Source: Burkholderiales bacterium (GTDB taxonomy: Bacteria > Pseudomonadota > Gammaproteobacteria > Burkholderiales > SG8-39). Taken from it: a stretch of DNA of 64,000 nt. Of this stretch, positions 45,837 to 58,064 are shown in pieces. A model generated the notes under the pieces. The model made no database searches. It saw only the letters and a list, made by a program, of their open reading frames with translations, and was not told the origin of the DNA. A program made the translations under genes and the position numbers. Where the stretch lies: assembly GCA_036263315.1 (NCBI GenBank), contig DATAHF010000185.1, forward strand, positions 14,900 through 78,899. The letters are read 5' to 3'. Numbering within the stretch: the stretch's first letter is position 1; each line of letters opens with the position of its first letter.

Positions 45837-46901
45837 TTAGGGCGTTTGCACCACATCCAGAGGAGCGATCGGCCTCGTGACGTGCATGACCAGCGCATAG
45901 GATACCCGGTCGAACACGCGGAACACAAACACCAGACCGGCCCGCTCTTCGGGTAGCTGTATGAGAGCGCTCTTGGCTGTGGTCGGCTGGGTTCGATCGC
46001 GCACCGTGCCGCCGCGCGCGTACACCGCGAGCACGTGCCCGACTTCGATCCCGTCCGCTTTGCCGCGGTTCAGCGTGACGATGGATTGCGGCCCGGCTTC
46101 GCCGATGCCGGCCAACCCACCATAGATGGACATGACGCGCCCCTTGATCATCGTGGAGGGGGCGTGCGGCGCATAGTTGACCGGCAGCGCGCGACCGGCC
46201 GCCACCAGTTTGTCGCCGGCGCTCACTTCCTGCACTGCGCTGGTGACGACGACCGTGGCAGGGTCCCCTGGGCGGCTGACGCGCGCCGTGCCGAGATAAA
46301 TCGCCTCGTAGGCGAGCGTCTGATTGCTGTCCGGGTCTACCAGCGGATTGCCGCGTCGATAGAGGTACCAGGTTTCCTCTTTGGAACTTCCCATACCACG
46401 CACGTAAGCGGTGTTGTCAGTGGCGACAACCACGCGGTCAGCCTGGGTGGCGATGATGGTGGGCGCTTTTTCCATCCCATCCGGCTCGACGACCAGAGGC
46501 CGCGTGAGAAAGGGCTCGATCACCGACGCCGGAATGCTCGGGATGGCGGCTTCGGCGAGCGGCGCAGTACGCGTTCGTGGGCTGAGCTTTACGGTTCCGC
46601 CGGAACCGCCGTCCAGAGAAACCTGTCCACGCGCGCGATCGAGCACGAGCACGTTTCCCGGATAAATCAGGTGAGGGTTGCGGATGTCATCGCGATTCAG
46701 GCCCCACAGTTCCGGCCAACGCCAGGGCGAGTCGGTATAGCGCTGGGCGATGCCCCAGAGGGTGTCGCCCGGGACCACGACGTAGCGGTCCGGCGCATCC
46801 GGCTTGAGCTTCAGAGGCGCCTGAGCAGGCTGCCCGAACCCGAGCAGCGGGACAAGGAAGAAAGCGAGCGCTGTGATAGACTTACGTAGCTGCTGGACCA
46901 T
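45837..46901 (-). CDS. LysM domain-containing periplasmic protein
   Basis: The 354-aa protein has a signal peptide and the LysM motif YVVVPGDTLWGIAQRY...IYPGNVLVL. Confidence 0.85.
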   Translation of the reverse strand: MVQQLRKSITALAFFLVPLLGFGQPAQAPLKLKPDAPDRYVVVPGDTLWGIAQRYTDSPWRWPELWGLNRDDIRNPHLIYPGNVLVLDRARGQVSLDGGSGGTVKLSPRTRTAPLAEAAIPSIPASVIEPFLTRPLVVEPDGMEKAPTIIATQADRVVVATDNTAYVRGMGSSKEETWYLYRRGNPLVDPDSNQTLAYEAIYLGTARVSRPGDPATVVVTSAVQEVSAGDKLVAAGRALPVNYAPHAPSTMIKGRVMSIYGGLAGIGEAGPQSIVTLNRGKADGIEVGHVLAVYARGGTVRDRTQPTTAKSALIQLPEERAGLVFVFRVFDRVSYALVMHVTRPIAPLDVVQTP

Positions 46902-47004
46902 GGCGACCGTCCCCTTTTACCGCTTCCTGGACCGGCTGGAAATTGTTTGAAACTTGTTCTTTCGACCCCAATTTAGCATACAGGCCGAAGAGCTTATATA
47001 TCGC

Positions 47005-47050
47005 GTGAAATTGTCCATATAATCTATTCAATTAGCAAGTGAAATAGTCC
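47005..47050 (+). repeat. Imperfect 12-nt direct repeat flanking a TATAAT box upstream of def
   Basis: GTGAAATTGTCC (47005..47016) and GTGAAATAGTCC (47039..47050) are identical at 11/12 positions, 34 bp apart start to start. TATAAT lies at 47018..47023. Confidence 0.6.
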
Positions 47051-47063
47051 TCAACTCCCTCCG

Positions 47064-47567
47064 ATGCCGCTTTTGAACATACTCCGCTACCCCGACGCTC
47101 GGCTCCACAAGGTCGCCTCTCCCGTCACCGTTTTCGATGACGCCCTGAAAAAGCTGGTCGCCGACATGGCGGAAACGATGTACGCCGCCCCGGGCATCGG
47201 CTTGGCCGCCACGCAAGTGGACGTGCATAAGCAGATCATCGTCATCGACGTTTCGGAGCGCCGGGACAGCTTGGTCGTGCTCGTCAATCCGGAAATTCTC
47301 GATGCGACCGGCGTTTCCGACATCGAGGAAGGGTGCCTGTCCCTTCCCGGGATCTATGAGCTCGTGGAACGTGCGGAACGCGTGAAAGTGCGCGCTTACG
47401 ATCAGAACGGCACGGCGTTTACCCTCGAAGCCCAAGGTTTGCTTTCCGTATGTATCCAGCATGAACTGGATCATCTGAAGGGCAAGGTTTTCGTCGAGCA
47501 CCTTTCGCAACTGAAGCAGCAACGCATCCGCGCGCGGCTCGCCAAGCAGCTGCGCAAGTCGGCCTGA
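47064..47567 (+). CDS. def: Peptide deformylase
   Basis: The 167-aa sequence reads GIGLAATQV...EGCLSLPG...QHELDHL, the three Def motifs. Confidence 0.97.
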   Translation: MPLLNILRYPDARLHKVASPVTVFDDALKKLVADMAETMYAAPGIGLAATQVDVHKQIIVIDVSERRDSLVVLVNPEILDATGVSDIEEGCLSLPGIYELVERAERVKVRAYDQNGTAFTLEAQGLLSVCIQHELDHLKGKVFVEHLSQLKQQRIRARLAKQLRKSA

Positions 47568-47577
47568 CCGCGCTTTC

Positions 47578-48504
47578 CTGCGCCTAGTTTTCGCGGGCAC
47601 ACCGGACTTCGCGCAACGCGCGCTGAGCGCGCTCGTAGCGGCAGGCCACGAAGTTGCGCTGGTCCTTACCCAGCCTGACCGCCCCGCCGGGCGGGGCATG
47701 CGCCTGGAGCCGAGCCCGGTCAAGCGGTTTTCACTGGCCGCCGGACTACCCGTATGGCAGCCCTCGCACCTCAAAGGCGAAGAGACCGCGGCGCGCCTTC
47801 ATGACGTGAAGGCCGACGCGATGGTGGTCGCCGCCTACGGGCTGATTCTTCCGCCGAGCGTGCTCGCTGCCACGCCGTGCGCGCTGAACATTCACGCGTC
47901 CTTATTGCCGCGCTGGCGCGGTGCTGCGCCGATTCAGCGAGCCCTGCTCGCCGGTGATCGCGAAACCGGAATTTCGATAATGCGGATGGACGCCGGCCTG
48001 GATACCGGACCGGTGCTCGCGCGCGAAGCGGTGCCGATCGCGGCCGATGAGGACGCGGGGACGCTGCACGATAAGCTCGCCGCCGTCGGCGGCAAGGCCG
48101 TCACCGAGGTTTTGAAACGGCTGGATCATGCCTTGGCAGGCGCCGCGCCGCAGGACGACTCGCAAGCGACTTACGCAGCCAAGATCCAAAAAAAGGAAAC
48201 TATGCTGCGTTGGTCGCTCCCCGCACAGCAGCTTGAGCGTGCGGTGCGCGCCTTCCGACCGTCACCCGGGGCGCAAACCACGCTCGGCGAGGAAGGACTC
48301 AAGATCTGGCGCGCCGACGTTGTCGACGAACAGGCCGCGCCGGGTTGCATCATCAAGGCCGACGAGGCGGTCGTGGTGGCGTGCGGGGACCGGGCGCTGG
48401 CCATTACGGAGCTGCAGCGCTCCGGGGGCAAGCGGCTTTCCGCACACGAGTTCGTCATGGGGCATCCCTTGCATCCCGGAACCAGGCTTGGTGCCGGGCA
48501 ATGA
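47578..48504 (+). CDS. fmt: Methionyl-tRNA formyltransferase (start inferred at CTG)
   Basis: The frame reads (L)RLVFAGTPDFAQRALSALVAAGHEVALVLTQPDRPAGRGMRL.... The ORF track begins only at ATG 47698, which would delete the conserved N-terminus. No ATG, GTG or TTG lies between the in-frame stop at 47512 and 47698. Confidence 0.8.
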   Translation: MRLVFAGTPDFAQRALSALVAAGHEVALVLTQPDRPAGRGMRLEPSPVKRFSLAAGLPVWQPSHLKGEETAARLHDVKADAMVVAAYGLILPPSVLAATPCALNIHASLLPRWRGAAPIQRALLAGDRETGISIMRMDAGLDTGPVLAREAVPIAADEDAGTLHDKLAAVGGKAVTEVLKRLDHALAGAAPQDDSQATYAAKIQKKETMLRWSLPAQQLERAVRAFRPSPGAQTTLGEEGLKIWRADVVDEQAAPGCIIKADEAVVVACGDRALAITELQRSGGKRLSAHEFVMGHPLHPGTRLGAGQ

Positions 48505-49778
48505 AAGCGAGCGCGAAGCTCGCTGCCGCGCTCTCTAGATCGGCGAGGATCGCAGCAGGCGTCGCGTCGGGCCGCAGCACTGCCGACCGATCCATCGAGC
48601 TGCAAGCTGATGCAAATGACGTGAATCGCGCCGCGGTGATGGACATCACGCAAGGGACCTTGCGCCGATATGGGCGGGTGCAGGCCCTCGTGCGATTGCT
48701 CTCAGCGCGCGGCAGCGCGCCGGAGCTCGTGCAGGGACTGTTGTGGTGCTCCTTGTACGCTATCGATTCGGGCCGATATGCGGACTACACCGTGGTGGAC
48801 CAGGCAGTCAAAGCCTGCGCGCCGCTGCATATCGAGAACGCCAAAGGCTACGTCAACGCGGTGCTTCGCAGCTACCTGCGCGATCGGCAGGCTATGGAGA
48901 AGAAGCTGGCCGAGGACCTGGAAGCAACATACCAGCATCCGCGCTGGTGGATTGAGCTGCTGCGCGACGCTTACCCGACGCATTGGCAGGACGTCTTGGC
49001 AGAGGGGAACACGCATCCGCCAATGTGCCTGCGCGTCAATCGCCGGCGCGTTTCCGCGCGAGACTATGCGGTGCGCCTTGAAAGCGAAGGCATTACGGCT
49101 CGCACGATTGGCGAGCAGGCCTTGCTTCTTGCGAAGCCGGTGCCCATCGAGCGGCTGCCGGGATTCCAGAGCGGCGACGTGTCAATCCAGGACGCAGGCG
49201 CGCAGCGCGTTGCGCGATGCATGGATCTTGCCCCGGGCCTTCGCGTCCTCGACGCCTGCGCGGCACCCGGCGGCAAAGCGGCGCATATTCTCGAGACGTC
49301 GGATGTGGAACTGACGGCGCTGGATGTGGATGCCACCCGGTGTGAGCGCATCGGCCAGAACCTGGCGCGCCTTGGGCTTCGCGCGAACGTCGCGTGTGCC
49401 GACTGCACGCACCCCTCGGCGTGGTGGCGCGGCGCGTATTTTGATCGCGTGCTGGCGGACGTGCCGTGTTCCGCTTCGGGCGTGGTGCGCCGCCGTCCCG
49501 ACGTCAAGTGGCTGCGCCGCGCGAGCGACGTTGCGGCATTCGCGGCGCGGCAGGCGGCGATGCTGGATGCGCTTTGGCAGGTGCTCGCCCCGGGTGGTAA
49601 ATTGATGTACGTCACCTGCTCTGTATTTCCAGGGGAAAACGAAGAGGTGGTTTCCCGATTCCTGACGCGAGCGCCGCGGGCTCATCGGCTGCCCTTGCCC
49701 GATGGCGGGCCGGCGCAGTGGTTTCCGAGCTCGGAGCACGACGGGTTCTTCTACGCATTGATCGAAAAAGCGGCCTGA
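48501..49778 (+). CDS. rsmB: 16S rRNA (cytosine967-C5)-methyltransferase RsmB (Sun)
   Basis: The ATG at 48501 overlaps the fmt stop (ATGA). An NusB-like N-terminus is followed by DACAAPGGK and the catalytic MYVTCS segment. Confidence 0.9.
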   Translation: MKASAKLAAALSRSARIAAGVASGRSTADRSIELQADANDVNRAAVMDITQGTLRRYGRVQALVRLLSARGSAPELVQGLLWCSLYAIDSGRYADYTVVDQAVKACAPLHIENAKGYVNAVLRSYLRDRQAMEKKLAEDLEATYQHPRWWIELLRDAYPTHWQDVLAEGNTHPPMCLRVNRRRVSARDYAVRLESEGITARTIGEQALLLAKPVPIERLPGFQSGDVSIQDAGAQRVARCMDLAPGLRVLDACAAPGGKAAHILETSDVELTALDVDATRCERIGQNLARLGLRANVACADCTHPSAWWRGAYFDRVLADVPCSASGVVRRRPDVKWLRRASDVAAFAARQAAMLDALWQVLAPGGKLMYVTCSVFPGENEEVVSRFLTRAPRAHRLPLPDGGPAQWFPSSEHDGFFYALIEKAA

Positions 49779-50398
49779 TGCGCCGCTTCCTGCCCCACGC
49801 CGCAGTGCTAGCGCGCCTGCTCGTGCTGCTAGCGATGCTGCCAGCGCAGGCGCTGGCGGAGGATATCGAGGTCCGCGATGCCCGTCTGCATGCGGTGGAC
49901 GAGGGGCTCGCCTTGGACGCCGACTTCGCATTCGATCTGACCCCGCGCCTGGCGGACGTCGTGGCCAACGGCGTCCCGCTCTATTTCCTGGTGGAGTTCG
50001 AGCTCAATCGCCCGCGCTGGTACTGGTTCGAGGAGAAGACCGCCACGAAGCGCCTGCAGCTGCGCCTGTCATACCATGCGCTGTCGCGGCAATACCGGCT
50101 TTCCACGGGGTTGCTGCAGCAGAGCTTTCCGACGCTGGACGAGGCGCTCAATGTGCTGAAGCGCGTGCGCAACTGGGTTGTCGTCGAGCGCAGCACCACG
50201 CTGACCGACGCCGACTACGAGGCGGCGGTTCGAATGCGGCTCGATACCACGCTGCTGCCCAAGCCTTTCCAGCTGAGCGCGCTCACGAGCCGGGAACTGC
50301 ATCTCGAATCGGCCTGGAAGCGGTTCACTGTGCGTGCGCCCGAGCACGCGCCTGCACCGGTCGAGAGCCGGGAACAGAAGGTTCCCCAGGACCGATGA
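49778..50398 (+). CDS. DUF4390-like secreted protein
   Basis: Signal peptide MRRFLPHAAVLARLLVLLAMLPAQALA. The 206-aa protein lies between rsmB and the sensor kinase with overlapping stop/start codons on both sides. The family assignment is from memory. Confidence 0.6.
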   Translation: MRRFLPHAAVLARLLVLLAMLPAQALAEDIEVRDARLHAVDEGLALDADFAFDLTPRLADVVANGVPLYFLVEFELNRPRWYWFEEKTATKRLQLRLSYHALSRQYRLSTGLLQQSFPTLDEALNVLKRVRNWVVVERSTTLTDADYEAAVRMRLDTTLLPKPFQLSALTSRELHLESAWKRFTVRAPEHAPAPVESREQKVPQDR

Positions 50399-52464
50399 AG
50401 CTGCTGCTGATCATCGGGGGTGCCGTCGCTGCGATCGGGCTCTTCCTGCTCGCCACCGCGAGCGCGGATACCGCATTTCTCGCGCGCTACTACCCGGTGC
50501 TGATTGCAGTGAACGCTGCGCTTGCCGTACTTCTGGCTGCCATCGTGGGCTATCAGCTCGTGTCCCTCGTGCGGCGCTATCGCGCCGGCGTGTTCGGGGC
50601 GCGCCTGACGGTTCGGCTGCTGGTACGTTTTGCCCTGCTTGCCGTGGTGCCCGGCCTCATCGTCTACGCGGTCTCGGTCCAGTTTCTGACGCGCTCCATC
50701 GAGTCCTGGTTCGACGTGAAAGTGGACGCAGCGCTCGAGGGTGGCATTACCCTGGGACAGCAGGTCGTTGACCAGATGCTCCTGGATCTCCAATCCAAGG
50801 CACGCGGCATGGCGCTTGACCTCGCAGACCGATCCGGCACGCAACTGGGCGCGCGCCTGGAGCGCCTGCGAGAGCAGAGCGGCGTGGAAGAGGCCGTGAT
50901 CCTCACCGCCAACAGCCGCGTAGTCGCAGCCGCCAGCGAGGACATCACCCGCTTCCTGCCCGACTTGCCGAGCTCCTACGCGCTCAGGCAGGCTCGGTTG
51001 AACCGCGGCTATTCCACCGTCGACGCGGCCGCCGGACGGCCGCTTGCCCTGCGCGTCATCGTACCCGTTGGCAGCATCGCGCTTGCGGACGAGTCGCGCT
51101 TTCTTCAGCTGCGGCAGACGGTGCCGCCTTCATTCGCACGCAGCGCCGAGGCGGTCGAAGCGGCGTATCGCGACTACCGCCAGCTTGCGATCTCCCGCGA
51201 AGGGTTGAAACGGATCTATGTCGTGACGCTGACCTTTGCGCTTCTCATGGCGCTGTTCGTCGCCGTCGCAGTCGCTGCCACGCAATCGAACCTCCTTGCC
51301 GAGCCGCTCGCCAACCTCGCCCAGGCGACCCAGGCGGTTGCGCGCGGCGATTTTTCGCGCACGGCGCCCGTGACGAGCCGGGACGAGCTCGGCATTCTCA
51401 CGGAATCGTTCAACTCGATGACGCGCCAGCTCGGCGAGGCGCGGCGCGGCGTCGAGGCAAACCGCGTGGCGCTCGAGGCGGCGAAGGCAGACCTCGAAAA
51501 TATCCTGGCCAATCTTTCGACCGGCGTGCTGGTCTTCGACCGCGAGCTGCAACTCACGATCTCGAACAACGGCGCGGCGGCGATTCTTGGTACCGAGGCC
51601 GAAAGCTTCGCGAGCGACATGCGCGCCCAGTTCGTCGCGCATGGACCGAAGGACTGGCAGCTCGAGCTCTCGCTCAGGGGCACCGGCAAGACGCTGCACG
51701 CAAGGGGGGCGGCCCTGCCCGCCTCCACCGGCGGCGGATACGTGCTCGTATTCGACGACATCACCCAGCTCATCCAGGCACAGCGCGCGACCGCCTGGGC
51801 GGAAGTCGCGCGGCGGCTGGCGCATGAAATAAAGAATCCTCTGACACCCATTCAGCTCTCGGCGGAAAGGCTGGAGATGAAGCTTGCCGATCGCCTGTCC
51901 CGGGAGGACGCGGAAACCCTGAGGCGGGCGACGGGCACGATCGTGAGCCAGGTCGCCGCGCTTAAGGCCATGGTGGACGCCTTCCGCGATTACGCCAGGC
52001 TGCCGGCGCCGGTGCCCTCGCGGCTCGACCTTAACGCGCTCGTGGCCGAAGTTCTTGCGCTATACGAAAATTCCAGCGTGCCGATCGCGCGGCGGCTGGC
52101 GGAGCACCTGCCTCCGGTATGGGCCGACGGCGCGCAAATCCGTCAAGTCATCCACAACTTGGTACAAAATGCGCAGGATGCCCTGGAGAATGCGCCGCGA
52201 ACGGCCGTCCGGCCGTCCATCGAGGTGACCACCGAAATGGCGGGCCAGCATGTTCGCCTTGCGGTGTCGGACAACGGCGCCGGCTTTCCCGAGGAATTGA
52301 TGGCGCGTATTTTCGAGCCTTACGTCACCACCAAATCGCGCGGTACGGGGCTGGGCCTTGCCATCGTGAAGAAAATCGTCGACGAGCACCAAGGCAGCAT
52401 CGCGATAGAGAATCGGCCCAGCAGCGGCGCGTTGGTGAGCGTCCTTCTGCCGTTGGCGGCCTGA
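50395..52464 (+). CDS. NtrY-like two-component sensor histidine kinase
   Basis: The 689-aa protein has N-terminal TM segments, HAMP and PAS-like regions, the H-box HEIKNPLTPIQLSAERL and an HATPase domain (DNGAGFP...GTGLGLAIV). Confidence 0.88.
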   Translation: MKLLLIIGGAVAAIGLFLLATASADTAFLARYYPVLIAVNAALAVLLAAIVGYQLVSLVRRYRAGVFGARLTVRLLVRFALLAVVPGLIVYAVSVQFLTRSIESWFDVKVDAALEGGITLGQQVVDQMLLDLQSKARGMALDLADRSGTQLGARLERLREQSGVEEAVILTANSRVVAAASEDITRFLPDLPSSYALRQARLNRGYSTVDAAAGRPLALRVIVPVGSIALADESRFLQLRQTVPPSFARSAEAVEAAYRDYRQLAISREGLKRIYVVTLTFALLMALFVAVAVAATQSNLLAEPLANLAQATQAVARGDFSRTAPVTSRDELGILTESFNSMTRQLGEARRGVEANRVALEAAKADLENILANLSTGVLVFDRELQLTISNNGAAAILGTEAESFASDMRAQFVAHGPKDWQLELSLRGTGKTLHARGAALPASTGGGYVLVFDDITQLIQAQRATAWAEVARRLAHEIKNPLTPIQLSAERLEMKLADRLSREDAETLRRATGTIVSQVAALKAMVDAFRDYARLPAPVPSRLDLNALVAEVLALYENSSVPIARRLAEHLPPVWADGAQIRQVIHNLVQNAQDALENAPRTAVRPSIEVTTEMAGQHVRLAVSDNGAGFPEELMARIFEPYVTTKSRGTGLGLAIVKKIVDEHQGSIAIENRPSSGALVSVLLPLAA

Positions 52465-52465
52465 C

Positions 52466-53713
52466 ATGGCGTCGATTCTGGTCGTCGATGACGAAGTGGG
52501 CATTCGCGAGCTCCTGTCCGAGATCCTCGCGGACGAGGGCCACCAGGTCGCGCTCGCGGAAAGCGCCGGGGACGCGCGCCGAATGCGCGAGCGCGCGCGC
52601 CCCGACCTGGTGCTGCTGGATATCTGGATGCCGGATACGGACGGCATTACCTTGTTGAAGGAATGGGCCGCGAGCGGGCAGCTGACCATGCCGGTCGTGA
52701 TGATGTCCGGCCACGGCACTATCGAGACCGCCGTCGAGGCGACGCGCATCGGGGCGCTGGACTTCCTCGAAAAGCCCATCGCCTTGCAGCGGCTGCTCGC
52801 TACGGTCAAGCGCGCGCTCCGGAACACGGAGGCCGCCGCTACGCCGCCGCTGGGGCTCGCCGCACTCGGCCGCTCGGCGGCCCTGGCGGAAGCAAAGAAG
52901 CGCCTCGCGCAGATTGCCCTGTCCGCGGCGCCGCTGCTCATGCGCGGGGAGCGCGGCATGCAACCGGAGCTGTTCGCGCGCCTGCTGCTCGCGCCCGGCG
53001 CGCCATTTCAGTCCGGCCATGAAGTTTTGGCCGAAGCGCCCTCGGACCTGCTTGGCCGTACGGCCGGGGGCATCGTATTCCTGCCCGACCTCACCAAGCT
53101 CGGGCGCAACGACCAGCGCCAGCTCGAGTTCCTGCTGGCGCGCGCAGAGCGCCACAAGGTCCGCATCGTCGCTTTTTCGCCGCTCGATATGCGCAACCTC
53201 TCGGAGAAGCACGATTTCGATCCGGAGCTGGCGGCGCGCCTTGCGCAGCTCACGCTCAAGCTGCCGGCATTGCGGGAGTTCTCCGAGGATGTGCCCGATC
53301 TCGCCTCGCTCATGCTCGCGCAGCTCGTGGAGGCACGGGCGTGTCCGCCAAAGCGACTGTCGATCGCAGCGTTGAATGCCTTGCGGCACCACGCCTGGCC
53401 CGGCAACCTGGTCGAGCTGGAGAGCGTCGTGAAGGACCTCGCCCTTACTTCACTGGAGGACGAAATCCGGCTGGAGGACGTGGAGCGCGTGTTTGCGGCG
53501 AGAGCGTCTCCCGGGGCGCTGCCCGAGGTGGCCTTTGAGCGGCCTTATCGCGAGGCGCGCGAGGCCTTCGAGCGACTGTACTTCGAGTATCTGCTGTCGC
53601 GCGAGAATGGCAGCATGTCCCGTGTCGCGGAGCGCTCAGGCTTGGAACGCACGCACCTTTACCGCAAGCTGAAGGCGCTTGGTCTGCCGGTGGGCCGCCG
53701 GGAGGAAAGTTAG
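52466..53713 (+). CDS. NtrX-like response regulator (REC, degenerate AAA+ sigma54-type domain, Fis-type HTH)
   Basis: The REC domain reads ILVVDDE...DLVLLDIWMPDTDG. In the central domain GERGMQPE replaces Walker A GESGTGKE, there is no GAFTGA segment, and VFLPDL replaces Walker B. WPGNLVELE is retained, and a C-terminal HTH is present. Confidence 0.85.
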   Translation: MASILVVDDEVGIRELLSEILADEGHQVALAESAGDARRMRERARPDLVLLDIWMPDTDGITLLKEWAASGQLTMPVVMMSGHGTIETAVEATRIGALDFLEKPIALQRLLATVKRALRNTEAAATPPLGLAALGRSAALAEAKKRLAQIALSAAPLLMRGERGMQPELFARLLLAPGAPFQSGHEVLAEAPSDLLGRTAGGIVFLPDLTKLGRNDQRQLEFLLARAERHKVRIVAFSPLDMRNLSEKHDFDPELAARLAQLTLKLPALREFSEDVPDLASLMLAQLVEARACPPKRLSIAALNALRHHAWPGNLVELESVVKDLALTSLEDEIRLEDVERVFAARASPGALPEVAFERPYREAREAFERLYFEYLLSRENGSMSRVAERSGLERTHLYRKLKALGLPVGRREES

Positions 53714-54087
53714 CGAAGCGCCCAGATCCCCAGGCAGAGCCATGCCGCGATAAAAGCCAGGCCGCCGAACGGCGTGACCATGCCGAGGGCACGCGGCGCG
53801 CCCAATGCCAGGGCATAGAGGCTTCCGCAGAAGAGCAGTATCCCGAGCACGAATAATCCTGCGGCAGAACGCAGCCAGGCCGATGGCGCGCCATGCAGCG
53901 CGATGACGCCGAGCGCGAGCAGGCCGATCGAGTGCCAAACATGGTATTGCACCGCGGTGTGCCACAGGGCGAGGGCATCGGGCGCGAGACGCTGCTTCAA
54001 CGCATGCGCGCCGAATGCGCCGAGCGCGACCGCCAGCGCCGCGAGTAGCGCGGCCGCTGCGAGCATCAATCGCGTGCCTGCCGGCAT
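53710..54087 (-). CDS. DUF423 (YgdD/TMEM256-like) small membrane protein
   Basis: The 125-aa protein has 4 TM segments and the sequence GAFGAHAL...AVQYHVWHS. Its stop codon overlaps the stop codon of the convergent regulator gene. Confidence 0.8.
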   Translation of the reverse strand: MPAGTRLMLAAAALLAALAVALGAFGAHALKQRLAPDALALWHTAVQYHVWHSIGLLALGVIALHGAPSAWLRSAAGLFVLGILLFCGSLYALALGAPRALGMVTPFGGLAFIAAWLCLGIWALR

Positions 54088-54102
54088 CGCGCGGCTACCC
54101 GG

Positions 54103-54204
54103 TTAGGACTTCTTTGCGGCTTTCTTGACGCGTTGAGGCCGCTTCTTGCCGTAGCTGCCCTTGTAGATCTTGCCGCGTCGCGTACGCTTATCGCCTTTTC
54201 CCAT
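54103..54204 (-). CDS. 30S ribosomal protein THX (bTHX)
   Basis: Hand translation gives MGKGDKRTRRGKIYKGSYGKKRPQRVKKAAKKS*. It matches the THX family pattern GKGDxRTxRGKxxxGxxGKxRP (recalled from memory). It is 33 aa, below the ORF-track cutoff. Confidence 0.8.
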   Translation of the reverse strand: MGKGDKRTRRGKIYKGSYGKKRPQRVKKAAKKS

Positions 54205-54212
54205 GGGCGCAA

Positions 54213-57932
<3,720 letters not shown>

Positions 57933-57940
57933 GGCAGCTC

Positions 57941-57981
57941 AAAAAGAAAAAGGCCCGTTCAGCTCGCGGCCGAACCGGGCC
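57941..57981 (-). terminator. Intrinsic-terminator-like hairpin in the metH 5' leader
   Basis: The minus strand reads GGCCCGGTTC-(11-nt loop)-GAACGGGCC, a 9-bp stem with one bulge. It is followed by TTTTTCTTTTT, which ends 8 nt before the metH ATG. Confidence 0.6.
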
Positions 57982-58010
57982 TCGTCCGCCCCGTGCAGGG
58001 GGCTGGTGGG

Positions 58011-58039
58011 ATTCTGCCCATCGGGTCAGGCAGTGTCAA
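58011..58039 (-). promoter_or_regulatory. Putative sigma70 promoter of metH
   Basis: The minus strand reads TTGACA, a 17-nt spacer, then CAGAAT, about 80 nt upstream of the metH ATG. Confidence 0.45.
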
Positions 58040-58064
58040 ACCCGCCCGTATAATCGCCGCCGAC

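Noticed and set aside
46997-47050. The GTGAAAT motifs upstream of def as degenerate parS half-sites or as an origin element.
   Set aside because: The best alignment to the 16-bp parS consensus is 11/16. The only DnaA-like match is 7/9. I report them as promoter-associated direct repeats instead.
50215-50240. A GGTTCGAAT string resembling a tRNA T-arm.
   Set aside because: It lies inside the DUF4390 coding frame. There is no acceptor or anticodon stem complementarity around it.
57933-58010. An SAH riboswitch call for the metH leader.
   Set aside because: The CGAGG and AACGGGCC segments resemble the motif as I remember it. However, I could not find the complementary CCUCG strand needed for P1, and the leader from the predicted promoter is short. 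I keep it only as a testable candidate, not a feature.
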